The notes: generated by a model from the letters alone, not told the origin. A stretch of 62,168 bases of DNA from a bacterium (GCA_030426945.1 JAUHXL010000001.1:1-62168); one strand, 5' to 3'; positions 46,355 to 56,320 are shown, counted from the first letter of the stretch. Translations and numbers: made by a program.

Positions 46355-47125
46355 TCAGATGATGATGCCGAGTCCCAGCGACAGCTCCACCGGGATGGAG
46401 ACGCCGCCCTGGAACTTCTGGAAGAAGAACTGGCGGTACTCGGTGCGAATGTTGAAGTTGTCGTTGATGAACCAGCGGAAGCCGAGGACGGTATTCCCGC
46501 TGGGCTTGACCACCTCGTTGCCGTCCGGGTTCGAGGCCGGGAACTCGGTGTTGTGGAAGATGCCGAAGCCGAGACCGACGTAGGTCTCGAAGTGGGTCAG
46601 CTTCAGGCCCAGCAGGCTGATCTTGCCGTAGATGGGGGCCCAGAGCAGGTCGATGTTGTAGTAGAAGTTGATCTTCTCCTGGATGTCGGCCCGCTTGAGG
46701 CCGATGCCCTCGCCCTCGAGGAAGCCGGCGAGATCGCTCTCGACCTGGATGGCGTACGAGAAGGACGCCTCGACCATGAAGGCCTCGGAGAAGTGGTACC
46801 CGACGCGCCCGCCGATCGGGTAGTACACGACGAAGTCGTCGTTGGGCACGATCGACAGCGTCGGCACCGACAGCTCGATGCGACCGTCCTTCTCGTACAG
46901 CCGCTTCTGGACGACCTTCACCTCGCGGCGCTTGCCCCAGAAGAGATCGAGATCCTCCTCGAGCGCTCTCTCGGCCTCGGTGGCCGTGTCGTCGCTCACG
47001 TCACCCGTGGGCGCGGCTGCGCCCTCGTCGTCGGCCGGCGCACCCTCGGGAGCTTCCTGCGCAAAGGCCGGCCCGGACAGGGCCAGCACCGCCAGGGCGG
47101 CAACCAGCAACAGCACCTTGTTCAT
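46355..47125 (-). CDS. outer-membrane beta-barrel protein, GltA/GltB/NfsA/B-like
   Basis: The signal peptide is MNKVLLLVAALAVLALSGPAFA. Alternating amphipathic beta strands follow. The C-terminus ..VELSLGLGIII ends in hydrophobic residues, as is typical of OMPs. Confidence 0.75.
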   Translation of the reverse strand: MNKVLLLVAALAVLALSGPAFAQEAPEGAPADDEGAAAPTGDVSDDTATEAERALEEDLDLFWGKRREVKVVQKRLYEKDGRIELSVPTLSIVPNDDFVVYYPIGGRVGYHFSEAFMVEASFSYAIQVESDLAGFLEGEGIGLKRADIQEKINFYYNIDLLWAPIYGKISLLGLKLTHFETYVGLGFGIFHNTEFPASNPDGNEVVKPSGNTVLGFRWFINDNFNIRTEYRQFFFQKFQGGVSIPVELSLGLGIII

Positions 47126-47145
47126 CGAGGTCTCGCTCCCTTTGC

Positions 47146-48375
47146 TCACTGCTTGTTGAACCACAGCCGGGTGTCGTCGAAGTCGCGACCGCTGCTGCCA
47201 CGCGACAGCGCCTGCGACCGCGACCGGCCGCCCAGAGTCACCGTCAGCTCGGTCGACAGGAAGTAGTTGTCGGGCGGGAAGGCTGCCCGGTTCATCGTGG
47301 TCTCGGTCCGCAGGCGCCAGGTCCCGACGATGCGGTTGCGCACGATCGACTGCAGGTTCTGGCTCTCGGTGAACTCGGCGGGCGCCTCGATGAAGAGGTA
47401 CTCGCCCCCGGTCCGGCAGGCCAGGTTCACCAGGTCGGGGTTCCGCCCGCGGGTGAAGCCGGGGCTACCGTCGGTGGGGATCGGCGGCTGCAACTGCATG
47501 ACGATGACCGGCACCGGGCCGCCCGCGCGGCTGGCGTAGCGCTCGGTGACGGCCTGCAGGTTGGTGGCCGAGGTGTCGCCGCTCTCGACGCCGTCGGTGA
47601 AGAGGATCACCACCGGGTTGAGGTCGCGGTTGCCCTCGCTGTCGATGATGCGGGTCAGCGACTGGTCGAGGGCGTCGGCGAGGGGCGTCAGGCCGCCCTC
47701 GTCGAACTGCAGCTCCCCGATGCCGTCGGCGATGTTCTCGCGGTTCGGCTGGGGCGTCGAGAACTGCTCGGTGATGTTGACGAACGAGCCCTTGAAGGAG
47801 ACCAGGGAGACCAGGTACTCGCGGGGCAGGTTGTTCACCAGCTGCTGGAAGAAGGCGATGCGCTGGTCCTCGCGGTCCGTCGCGTTCGCCGTGTTGATCA
47901 TCTGCGTGAAGGGATCCTCGCCGATGAGGCTGCCCGAGTGATCCATCAGCAGCACGACCAGGCGCCGATCCTGCTGGCGCTCCTCGCCGCCCGAGTACTC
48001 GAACTGCAGGCTCAGCGTGCGCAGATCCACGCCCTGCTGCATGCCGCTGTTCTCGCCGAGGGCGATGCCGACCTCGGGCACGTCGAGCGTGCTGTCGGCG
48101 GTGCGGGCGAAGGCGAAGTCTTCGTGGGACAGGAGCTCCGAGACGGGCTGGAACTCGCGCTGCAGCCGATCATCGGGGAGAAGCGCCGTGGTGCCGTCGA
48201 GCATCATGACCGAGATGTCGATCATCTGCAGATCATCGGACACCTCGCAGGCGCCCGGCACCAACAGCCGGGTGAAGGTCGGCCGCGTGGGGTCGAGCCC
48301 GACGGTCGAGTCGCACCCCGCCAGGCCACCCGCGGCGACCGCCGCGGCGGCCAGAATCCGGTTCATTCTGCGCAT
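47146..48375 (-). CDS. VWA-domain lipoprotein with an intact MIDAS motif
   Basis: The ATG at 48375 has a GAGGAAAGGA Shine-Dalgarno. The lipobox is LAGC. VVLLMDHSGSL gives the DxSxS motif, followed by ..VSLVSFKG.. and ..VVILFTDGVES. Confidence 0.8.
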   Translation of the reverse strand: MRRMNRILAAAAVAAGGLAGCDSTVGLDPTRPTFTRLLVPGACEVSDDLQMIDISVMMLDGTTALLPDDRLQREFQPVSELLSHEDFAFARTADSTLDVPEVGIALGENSGMQQGVDLRTLSLQFEYSGGEERQQDRRLVVLLMDHSGSLIGEDPFTQMINTANATDREDQRIAFFQQLVNNLPREYLVSLVSFKGSFVNITEQFSTPQPNRENIADGIGELQFDEGGLTPLADALDQSLTRIIDSEGNRDLNPVVILFTDGVESGDTSATNLQAVTERYASRAGGPVPVIVMQLQPPIPTDGSPGFTRGRNPDLVNLACRTGGEYLFIEAPAEFTESQNLQSIVRNRIVGTWRLRTETTMNRAAFPPDNYFLSTELTVTLGGRSRSQALSRGSSGRDFDDTRLWFNKQ

Positions 48376-48441
48376 CAAGGTCCTTTCCTCGGGGCCCGGC
48401 ACCTCGCGGATCCGCCCCACCCTCCGCTTCGCGAACGCGAC

Positions 48442-48470
48442 TTGCTAGCACGACCCCCAAGTGGTGTCAA
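48442..48470 (-). promoter_or_regulatory. sigma70-type promoter candidate for the VWA/Glt-like operon
   Basis: The minus strand reads TTGACA-N17-TAGCAA, about 65 nt upstream of the ATG at 48375. Confidence 0.35.
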
Positions 48471-48522
48471 CGGCGCCCCCCGAGGGCCCTCGGAGCCGCT
48501 TCGCAGGCCGTTTTCCGACCAT

Positions 48523-48551
48523 TTGACACCATCTGGGCCGGCGCCTAGTCT
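48523..48551 (+). promoter_or_regulatory. sigma70-type promoter candidate for the lipoprotein array
   Basis: TTGACA-N17-TAGTCT on the plus strand, about 180 nt upstream of the ATG at 48730. Confidence 0.4.
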
Positions 48552-48729
48552 TGCAGTGCGCGCAGCCGGGCGATTAAAGCGATCCGCGGTGGTCCGGCCC
48601 GAGTGAAAAAAGTTGCACTGGGCCGGCGCACCTCCGTACGGGACTCCTCTTCGCTGCGTCGAGGAGCCTGGGGCGGACCCGCTCGGCACAACGGTACGGC
48701 CCGCGCTCGCGGGCTGCTGGAGACAACGG

Positions 48730-50817
48730 ATGATGCACGCCGCGGCCCTTCCGCGCACCTTTCGCTGGTTCGCCTTCGCCGCCCTCGGCGGCCTCGTGAT
48801 GGCCGGCTGTGACGACGAGGGCCTCGACGTCACGCGCACCGGCAGCATCGAGATCACACCGCCCCAGTACACCTTCCCCAAGATCTCGCCGGGCAGCCGC
48901 GGCGACCGCGAGGTGTTCATCGAGAACACCGGCTCGGGCGCCGTGCTCATCCGCAAGATCCGCCTCGACCTGGGTGACCGCGGCGACTTCCAGCTGTTCT
49001 GGAAGACCTCGTCCGAGGGCGAGGAGTACCAAGGGCTGACCCGCGCCGGGGAGGACCGCTTCGACTATCCGGTGCGCATCGATCCGGACGAGCGGCTGTA
49101 CCTGGTCCTGGAGTACGCGCCCGAAGACACCTCCTTCGAGCAGGGGCGCGTCCTGCTCGACACGAACCTGCCCGAGGGCGAGGTCGCGATCCCGGTGGTG
49201 GCGTCGGAGGCCGGCGCCGAGATCAACGTCGCGCCGCGCACCGTCGACTTCGATCGCGTGCCGGCCCGGGACGAGGCGACCCGCGACGTCGTGGTCACGA
49301 ACGTCGGCCAGGCGACGCTGAACGTCACGCAGATCCTCCTCAACGGCTCCCAGGACTTCACGCCGCTGGTCAACGGGAAGGATCCCCGTCGCGGCCAGCG
49401 GGAGGTGCTGCTCGACGCGGACGGCGACGGCATCGCTGGCCTGGCGCCGAACCAGCAGTTCACGATCTCGGTGCGCTACGCGCCCCAGATCGAGGGCCCG
49501 GACACCGGCGAGCTGAGCATCTTCAGCGACGATCCCAACCAGCCCGAGGTGAAGGTGGAGCTGCGCGCGAACGGCGCCACGCCCTGCCTGGACGTGAACC
49601 CGCCCGCGCTGGAGTTCCCCACGAGCCTCGTCAACCGCATCGACTCGCGGCCGCTCTCGATCGAGAGCTGCGGGGGCCAGCAGCTGCAGATCGACAACAT
49701 CCGCCTGAGCGACGACAGCGATCCCGCCTTCGCGCTCGACGAGGAGAGCCTGCCGGAGACGCCGGCGCTGCTGCCCGCCTACCTGCCGGGCGACATCCCG
49801 CCGAGCCGATCGATCCGCGTGTCGTTCACGCCGCGGGAGCAGCGCATCCACAACGGCACGCTGATCATCGAGAGCTCGGATCCCGTGACGCCGAGCCGCG
49901 AGGTCAGCTTGCTGGGCCGCGGCGTGCTGAACGCCTGCCCCCAGGCCCGCGCGGTGCAGGACGCCTTCGACGTGCTGCCCCTCGACGTGGTGGTGCTCGA
50001 CGGCGCGCCGTCGATCGACCAGGACGGCCCGGGCAACCGGCCCGTCGAGTACGAGTGGGTCATCACCAGCCGCCCCGAGGGCTCGGTCTCGCAGCCGGTC
50101 GAGGGCTTCCTCGACGCCGCGAACCCGGCCGCCGGCGGCGTCGACGACGTGCTCGAGACGCCCATCGCGCTGTTCTGGGTCGATCTGGCCGGCACCTACA
50201 CCGCCGAGCTGCGCGTGAAGGACAACCTGGGCCTGGACTCGGTGGCCTGCGACAACGCCGCGGTGGTGACCATCATCGCCAAGCCCGACGAGGCCATCCA
50301 CGTTCAGCTGGTGTGGGAGACGCCGGGAGACGCGGATCTGACCGACGCCGAGGGCGCCGACCTGGATCTACACCTGCTGCACCCGAGCGCGCCCAACTGG
50401 TTCGCCGCGCCCTACGACTGCCACTTCCTGAACCCCGTGCCGGACTGGGGGCAGCCCGACAACCCGGCGGACGATCCCTCGCTCGACATCGACGACATCG
50501 CGGGGGGCGGGCCGGAGAACATCAACCTGGACAACCCGGAGAACACCGGCGTGCTGGGCGCCCCGTACGCGGTGGGCGTGCACTACTACAGCAGCCGCGG
50601 CCGCATCAGCGGGCAGGAGTTCGGCCCCAGCTTCGCGCGGGTGCGCATCTTCCTGAAGGGCGAGCTGAGCTACGACTCGACCGAGGATCGGGGCGAGGAC
50701 GGGGCGCGCGAGCTCGAGGCCGAAGATCACTTCTGGGACGTCGCGCGCATCCACTGGCCCGAGATGCGCGTCGAAGCACGGGATCAGTACTTCACGCAGC
50801 GCCCCGACGCCGAGTGA
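48730..50817 (+). CDS. lipoprotein P1: three Ig-like (choice-of-anchor-D/ASH-type) repeats, a PKD-like domain, and an Asp-rich C-terminal module
   Basis: The lipobox is VMAGC. The motif xxVDFGxVxxxxxxxxxVxVTNxGxxxLxI recurs, for example VDFDRVPARDEATRDVVVTNVGQATLNV. The PKD-like segment is LDGAPSIDQDGPGNRPVEYEWVITSRPEGS. The C-terminal motif is DLDLHL...YDCHF..PDWG...DDPSLDIDDIAGGGPENINL. Confidence 0.8.
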   Translation: MMHAAALPRTFRWFAFAALGGLVMAGCDDEGLDVTRTGSIEITPPQYTFPKISPGSRGDREVFIENTGSGAVLIRKIRLDLGDRGDFQLFWKTSSEGEEYQGLTRAGEDRFDYPVRIDPDERLYLVLEYAPEDTSFEQGRVLLDTNLPEGEVAIPVVASEAGAEINVAPRTVDFDRVPARDEATRDVVVTNVGQATLNVTQILLNGSQDFTPLVNGKDPRRGQREVLLDADGDGIAGLAPNQQFTISVRYAPQIEGPDTGELSIFSDDPNQPEVKVELRANGATPCLDVNPPALEFPTSLVNRIDSRPLSIESCGGQQLQIDNIRLSDDSDPAFALDEESLPETPALLPAYLPGDIPPSRSIRVSFTPREQRIHNGTLIIESSDPVTPSREVSLLGRGVLNACPQARAVQDAFDVLPLDVVVLDGAPSIDQDGPGNRPVEYEWVITSRPEGSVSQPVEGFLDAANPAAGGVDDVLETPIALFWVDLAGTYTAELRVKDNLGLDSVACDNAAVVTIIAKPDEAIHVQLVWETPGDADLTDAEGADLDLHLLHPSAPNWFAAPYDCHFLNPVPDWGQPDNPADDPSLDIDDIAGGGPENINLDNPENTGVLGAPYAVGVHYYSSRGRISGQEFGPSFARVRIFLKGELSYDSTEDRGEDGARELEAEDHFWDVARIHWPEMRVEARDQYFTQRPDAE

Positions 50818-50910
50818 CGACCCGCGCGCCCGGCTGAGGTCAGCCGACGACCCCGGCCGCGCGGCGGCGCGGGGTCGTTTCGTTTCCGGAGACCGTTCGT
50901 GGAGAACCGC

Positions 50911-52953
50911 ATGTCGCCTCGTCCCTGCCGCAGTCTCCTCGGCTGCCTCGCGCTGCTCGCCGTCGCCGGATGCGGCGAGGAGCGCTCGACGAAGACGCCC
51001 CTGTTCGAAGCCCAGCCGAGCGCCTTCACCTTCGCCAAGCTGGAGATCGGGCAGTCCGAGGTCCGACGGGTGCAGGTGCTGAATCGGGGGAGCGGCGCCC
51101 TGGTGATTCAGAACCCCAGCCTCGAGGACGGCTCGACGACCGGCAGCGAGTTCTCGCTCTTCATCGAGCAGGACGGCGAGCTGCAGCCGGCGCCGGCCCG
51201 CCTGGAGCTGCCCGGCAACAGCGACGACACCATCACGCTGGCCGTGCGCTACGTGCCCGCCGACGAGGACGCGACCATCGACAGCGGCGCGGTGCTGCTG
51301 CAGACCAACGATCCGGACGCGCGGGACGTGCGCATCCCCATCGGCTCCGGCGGCCAGGGGGCCGAGATTCGGGTGTCCCCGCGCACGCTCGACTTCGGCG
51401 AGGTCGAGGCCGGCGCCGTCGGCAAGCGTGATCTGGTCATCACCAACATCGGGCTGGTCGAGCTGGTCATCACCCGCTTCGCGGTGAGCGGCAGCCAGGA
51501 CTTCGGGGCGACGCAGGACGACCGAGCCCTCTTGGGGGATCTGGCCGAGCCGATCATCGTGCCGCCCGGCGAGACGACGACCATCCAAGCGACCTACTCG
51601 CCCCCCACGCTGGGCCCGGACAGCGGGGAGCTGCAGATCTTCTCGAACGACGTGGCGTCGCCGGTCACCACGGTGGAGCTGAACGCCAACGGCGCCGCGC
51701 CCTGCCTCAACGTGATCCCCGAGAGCCTCGACTTCGGCGCCGGGCTGCTGGTCGAGAGCGTGAACGCCGAGACGCCGAACAAGCTGCCCCTCACGCTCGA
51801 GAGCTGTGGCACCACCCCGCTGCGCATCGATCGGCTCGAGCTCGTGGGCGGTGACGGGGTGTTCCGCCCGCTGGAGCTGCCCGAGGTGGCCGAGGGCGAT
51901 CCCCTGTTCCTGCTGCCCGCGGCCAGCGAAGACACCTTCCCCACGCAGCAAGTGCAGGTGGGCTTCTGGCCCACCGAGCTGCGGGCCTACGGCGGTCAGC
52001 TGCTGGTGCACAGCAACGCCTCGCGGGAGCCCTTCCCCGTCGATCTGTTCGGGCGCGGCGTGGACAACGCCTGCCCGGTGCCCGCGGTCACGACGGATCG
52101 CTACGACGTGCAGCCGCTCGACATCGTGACGCTGGACGGCACGCCGTCGGCGGATCCCGGCGGGCGCGTGGAAGACTACATCTGGACGGTGGTGTCTCGC
52201 CCGGATGGCAGCGTGAGCCAGCCCGTCGAGCGCTTCGGGGATCCGCGGCGACCGGCGGACGGCGGCGATCCGGACGACGAGACCACGCCGCAGGCCTTCT
52301 TCTTCGTGGATCTGGCCGGGCTGTACGAGCTCGAGCTGCAGGTGCGCGACAACCTGGGCCAGCTGAGCTGCGATCCCAACGCGGTGGCGCGGGTGGTCAT
52401 CGAGGCGGTGCCGGACAAGGATCTCCACATCCAGCTGGTGTGGTCGACCCCCTCGGATCCGGACGAGACCGACATGATCGGCACCGACGTCGACCTGCAC
52501 CTGCGGCACGAGCGCGGACGCGATGGCTGGGGCAACGACGCCGGGGTGTGGGATTGCTACTTCCGACAGAAGTCGCCCGACTGGGGCATCGAGGGCGAGG
52601 TGGCGGACAACCCCACCCTGGACATCGACGACACCAACGGCGCCGGCCCGGAGAACATCAACCTGTCGGATCCCGAGGTGGGCGTGACCTACGACGTCGG
52701 TGCGGTGTACTTCCGGGCCGAGAGCACCTTCGGGCTGCCGGACGCCGACCGCCGGATGGAGCACGCGAGCTACGTGACCACGCGCATCTTCGTGCGCGGC
52801 GAGCTGCTGTACGAAGCGGTCGACCGCGAGCTGACCACCGTGCAGCAGCTCTGGTGGGTCGCCAGCGTGGAGTGGTGTGAGGACTTCGCGCGCTGCCCCG
52901 TGGTCGAGCCCGTGGATCGCGTGCTGAGCGAGGCCGACTGGGCCATGCCCTGA
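50911..52953 (+). CDS. lipoprotein P2, a paralog of P1 with the same architecture
   Basis: The lipobox is AVAGC. Example repeats are FTFAKLEIGQSEVRRVQVLNRGSGALVI and LDFGEVEAGAVGKRDLVITNIGLVELVI. The C-terminal motif is VDLHL...WDCYF..PDWG...DNPTLDIDDTNGAGPENINL. Confidence 0.8.
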   Translation: MSPRPCRSLLGCLALLAVAGCGEERSTKTPLFEAQPSAFTFAKLEIGQSEVRRVQVLNRGSGALVIQNPSLEDGSTTGSEFSLFIEQDGELQPAPARLELPGNSDDTITLAVRYVPADEDATIDSGAVLLQTNDPDARDVRIPIGSGGQGAEIRVSPRTLDFGEVEAGAVGKRDLVITNIGLVELVITRFAVSGSQDFGATQDDRALLGDLAEPIIVPPGETTTIQATYSPPTLGPDSGELQIFSNDVASPVTTVELNANGAAPCLNVIPESLDFGAGLLVESVNAETPNKLPLTLESCGTTPLRIDRLELVGGDGVFRPLELPEVAEGDPLFLLPAASEDTFPTQQVQVGFWPTELRAYGGQLLVHSNASREPFPVDLFGRGVDNACPVPAVTTDRYDVQPLDIVTLDGTPSADPGGRVEDYIWTVVSRPDGSVSQPVERFGDPRRPADGGDPDDETTPQAFFFVDLAGLYELELQVRDNLGQLSCDPNAVARVVIEAVPDKDLHIQLVWSTPSDPDETDMIGTDVDLHLRHERGRDGWGNDAGVWDCYFRQKSPDWGIEGEVADNPTLDIDDTNGAGPENINLSDPEVGVTYDVGAVYFRAESTFGLPDADRRMEHASYVTTRIFVRGELLYEAVDRELTTVQQLWWVASVEWCEDFARCPVVEPVDRVLSEADWAMP

Positions 52954-53151
52954 CCGTCCCTCCGCCTCGCCGTCGGCGGCGCGGCGCGCCGCGTCGTCCG
53001 CGCCCTCCCCTTCCGTCGAGTCCATTGCCCGCGAACCCACCGCGCTTCGCCTTTCGCAGAGCGGGTTTGCGCCCAGGTTTGGCCGCTGCCCCGCTTGTCG
53101 AGGCGCGCCGGCCGCTGCTAAGGTGGCGCACCGGTCGCGCAGGAGCTTCAG

Positions 53152-56100
53152 ATGGTCCATGTGTTGCGTTTCGGCGCTTTCGTCACCCTTGCGGCGAGCC
53201 TCGCCGCGGTCGTCGGCTGCAGCGACGAAGACAGCGGTGGCAGTGGCATCCGCCGGCAGGCCTTCCCGCGCATCGAGGCCGAGCCTGGGCAGATCGTCCT
53301 GAGCGCCGTGCCCGTGGGCGAGAGCACCTTCAAGGTGGTCAAGCTGCGCAACATCGGCGGCAGCAAGCTGCGCATCTCGGGCATCGAGTTCTCGAACGCC
53401 ATCGACACGCGCGAGTTCGAGAAGTCGCACCCGGCCCTGCCCCTGATCCTCGAGGCCGGTGAAGAGGCCGACCTGCGGGTCGACTACTCGCCGCGCAACG
53501 AGGGCACCGACGCCGGCTGGATCACGATCCAGAGCAACGACGTCGGCGGTGAGGATCTGCGCATCCCGATCAGCACCACCCAGTCGACGACCGACCTTCA
53601 GGTGATGCCCGACCGGCTGGTGTTCGTCAGCCCCAACGGCGTCCCGCTCGAGAAGACGGTGACGCTGACCAACTACGGCAACATCCCGGTCAGCATCGTC
53701 GACATCAAGCTGAGCGACGACACGTCGAGCGACTTCACGCTGTCGACCAACCGGGACGCTCGGCCCGAGCTGGCGCGCGACGACACCCTCGAGATCGGGG
53801 TGACCTACACCCCCAGCGGGCAGGACTCCGACGAGGGCACGCTGGTCATCGAGGTGGACGACGCGGCCATCGGCTTCATCCAGGTACCGCTCGTCGGTGA
53901 CGAGCCGGCGCCGGAGATCGACGTGAACCCAGGGTCGGTCATCTTCGGCGCGGTCGACCTGAACACCGAGACCGACGTCGAAGGCATCGTGATCCAGAAC
54001 CGTGGCACCGCGCCGCTGAACATCTCGCGGATCGCCTTCGCGGTCGCGCCGGGCGGCGTCAACGAGCAGTTCACCCTGCACGACGTGCCCGACGGCCTGA
54101 GCTCGGACAACCCGCTGGTCATCGAGGCCGAGGACTTCGTGCGCATCGGCGTGTCCTACCACCCGTCGGTGGACGGGGCCCACGGCACGGCCATCGCGAT
54201 CAGCAGCAACGACTCGGACGAGTCGCTGGTGACCGTGCCGATCAGCGGTCGCGTGCGGAAGCCCTGCATCTCGGTGCAGCCGGAGCGCGTGTCCTTCGGG
54301 CGGGTGGCGCTGGGCCAGGAGAGCGCGCGCACGGCGGTGCAGGTGGTCAACTGCGGCGACCTGCCGCTGACGCTGGATCCGGTGGAGGTCGAAGGCGACG
54401 GCTTCGCCTGGGCGCGCACGGACGGCATGCCGGCGGGGCCGATCGAGATCCAGCCCCTCGGCGCGCTGAGCCTGGACGTCTGGTACACCAACCGCGATCT
54501 GGCCGAGGGCGCGCTGGCCGAGGGTACGCTGCACATCAACAACAACACGCCGGATCAGCCGGTGGTGGACGTGCCCCTGCAGGTGGTGGGCGGCGGGGCG
54601 CCGACCTGCGACCTGCTGATCATCCCCGACCGAGTCAACTTCGGCTTGGTCAGCCGCGGGCAGGACCGGACGCGGGAGCTGCAGCTGGTGAACCGCGGGA
54701 CGGGCGCCTGCGAGCTGCGCAGCCAGGAGATCATGCCCCTCATCGTGATCCCGATCCCCGGCTTCGATCAGGTGAAGTTCTTCCTCACGCGGCCGGTGGC
54801 CGCGCTGCAGGTGCCGCCGGGCGCGTTCCTGCCCTTCGAGATCACCTACCGCCCGGACGTCTTCAGCGCCGACTCGGCGCGCTTCACCGCGACCTTCTGG
54901 GATCCCTTCCAGATGGAGGAGCGCAGCACCTTCGCGGATCTGCAGGGCGTTGCGGGTGAGAGCAACATCGAGGTCATCCCCGGGCGCCTCGACTTCGGCC
55001 AGGTGACCGCCGGCGAGTGCGCCTCGCGCGAGGAGCGCGTCACCGTCTACAACACGGGCGTCGTGGATCTGTGCATCACCGGCGTGCAGCTCGAGGGCCC
55101 GGACTGCGACGAGTTCCTGGTGGTCGATCGGCCGGTGGCCGACGCCGACGGCTGCATCGTGGTGACGCGTAACAGCCCGGCCGACGTGCGGCTGGTGTAC
55201 GAGCCGGGCAACCTGGGCGGCGACGGCTGCGATCTGGTGTTCGAGAGCGACGCCAGCGACAACCCGACCCTGCGCGTGCCGCTCGAGGGCGAGGGCATCC
55301 GCGACCGGCGCCAGACCGACATCTTCGAGCAGACCAGCGGGCGGCAGGTGGACGTGCTGTTCGTCGTCGACAACTCGGGCTCGATGAGCGAGGAGCAGGA
55401 CAACCTGCGCGACAACTTCGGCGACTTCATCACCGGCGCGCAGCAGTTCCAGAACGACTACCAGCTGGGCATCGTGACCACCGACATGGACAACCCGAAC
55501 CAGTCGGGGCGCCTGCTGGGTGATCCGCCCATCCTGCGCCGGGCGCCGGGCGTCGAGAACACCTTCCGCGACCGCATCCGCGTGGGCACCAACGGCGCCG
55601 GCGAGGAGCACGGGCTCGAGGCGGCGCAGGCCGCGCTGAGCGATCCCCTGGCCTTCGACACGGGCGTCGCCTGCGCGGGCGACGGCGACTGCGTGGAGCC
55701 GGACCGCTGCGTCGAGGGCTTCTGCGGCGGACCGAACCGCGGCTTCGTGCGGGAGGGCGGCGCGCTCGAGGTGGTGTTCGTCAGCGATGAGGACGACTTC
55801 AGCCCCGGCGCGCTCAACTTCTATGTCGACTTCCTGAAGAACATCAAGGGCTTCCGAAACGAGTCGCTGTTCCACGCCCACGCGATCGTCGGCGCGCTCG
55901 ACGGCCGCGCGCGGCAGTGCGAGAGCGGCAACGGGGCGGCGAGCGCGGGCTCGCGCTACGTCGAGGTGGCCGATCGCACGAACGGTCAGGTGTTCAGCAT
56001 CTGCGACGCCGACTTCGGCCGACCGCTGCAGGAGATCGGCAACCAGGCCTTCGGCCTGCCGGTGCAGTTCTTCCTGTCCCGGCCCGCCCTCGGCGCGACC

Positions 56101-56253
56101 ATCACGGTGACCGTGGACGGCCAGCCGACGCCGGACGGCTGGGAGTACGACGAGGACTCCAACTCGGTGGTCTTCGAGGAGGCCACCGTGCCGCAGGCCG
56201 GCCAGACGATTCAGGTGGATTACGAGGCGCAGTGCTTCGCGCGCCGCGGCTGA
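53152..56253 (+). CDS. lipoprotein P3: about six Ig-like repeats plus a C-terminal VWA-like domain
   Basis: The lipobox is VVGC. The repeats are of the same type, for example VIFGAVDLNTETDVEGIVIQNRGTAPLNI. The C-terminal VDVLFVVDNSGSMSEEQDNL carries a DxSxS motif. Confidence 0.8.
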   Translation: MVHVLRFGAFVTLAASLAAVVGCSDEDSGGSGIRRQAFPRIEAEPGQIVLSAVPVGESTFKVVKLRNIGGSKLRISGIEFSNAIDTREFEKSHPALPLILEAGEEADLRVDYSPRNEGTDAGWITIQSNDVGGEDLRIPISTTQSTTDLQVMPDRLVFVSPNGVPLEKTVTLTNYGNIPVSIVDIKLSDDTSSDFTLSTNRDARPELARDDTLEIGVTYTPSGQDSDEGTLVIEVDDAAIGFIQVPLVGDEPAPEIDVNPGSVIFGAVDLNTETDVEGIVIQNRGTAPLNISRIAFAVAPGGVNEQFTLHDVPDGLSSDNPLVIEAEDFVRIGVSYHPSVDGAHGTAIAISSNDSDESLVTVPISGRVRKPCISVQPERVSFGRVALGQESARTAVQVVNCGDLPLTLDPVEVEGDGFAWARTDGMPAGPIEIQPLGALSLDVWYTNRDLAEGALAEGTLHINNNTPDQPVVDVPLQVVGGGAPTCDLLIIPDRVNFGLVSRGQDRTRELQLVNRGTGACELRSQEIMPLIVIPIPGFDQVKFFLTRPVAALQVPPGAFLPFEITYRPDVFSADSARFTATFWDPFQMEERSTFADLQGVAGESNIEVIPGRLDFGQVTAGECASREERVTVYNTGVVDLCITGVQLEGPDCDEFLVVDRPVADADGCIVVTRNSPADVRLVYEPGNLGGDGCDLVFESDASDNPTLRVPLEGEGIRDRRQTDIFEQTSGRQVDVLFVVDNSGSMSEEQDNLRDNFGDFITGAQQFQNDYQLGIVTTDMDNPNQSGRLLGDPPILRRAPGVENTFRDRIRVGTNGAGEEHGLEAAQAALSDPLAFDTGVACAGDGDCVEPDRCVEGFCGGPNRGFVREGGALEVVFVSDEDDFSPGALNFYVDFLKNIKGFRNESLFHAHAIVGALDGRARQCESGNGAASAGSRYVEVADRTNGQVFSICDADFGRPLQEIGNQAFGLPVQFFLSRPALGATITVTVDGQPTPDGWEYDEDSNSVVFEEATVPQAGQTIQVDYEAQCFARRG

Positions 56254-56320
56254 GCGCCGCCTCGCGCGGTGCGCCCGCACCCACCCGCCCGCTTTTGACC
56301 TTCCGAGAGAGGTTCGACCG

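Noticed and set aside
48575-48610. TAAAG followed by GCCCGAG, considered as a sigma28 (FliA) promoter.
   Set aside because: The spacing and the -10 element do not fit TAAA-N15-GCCGATAA.
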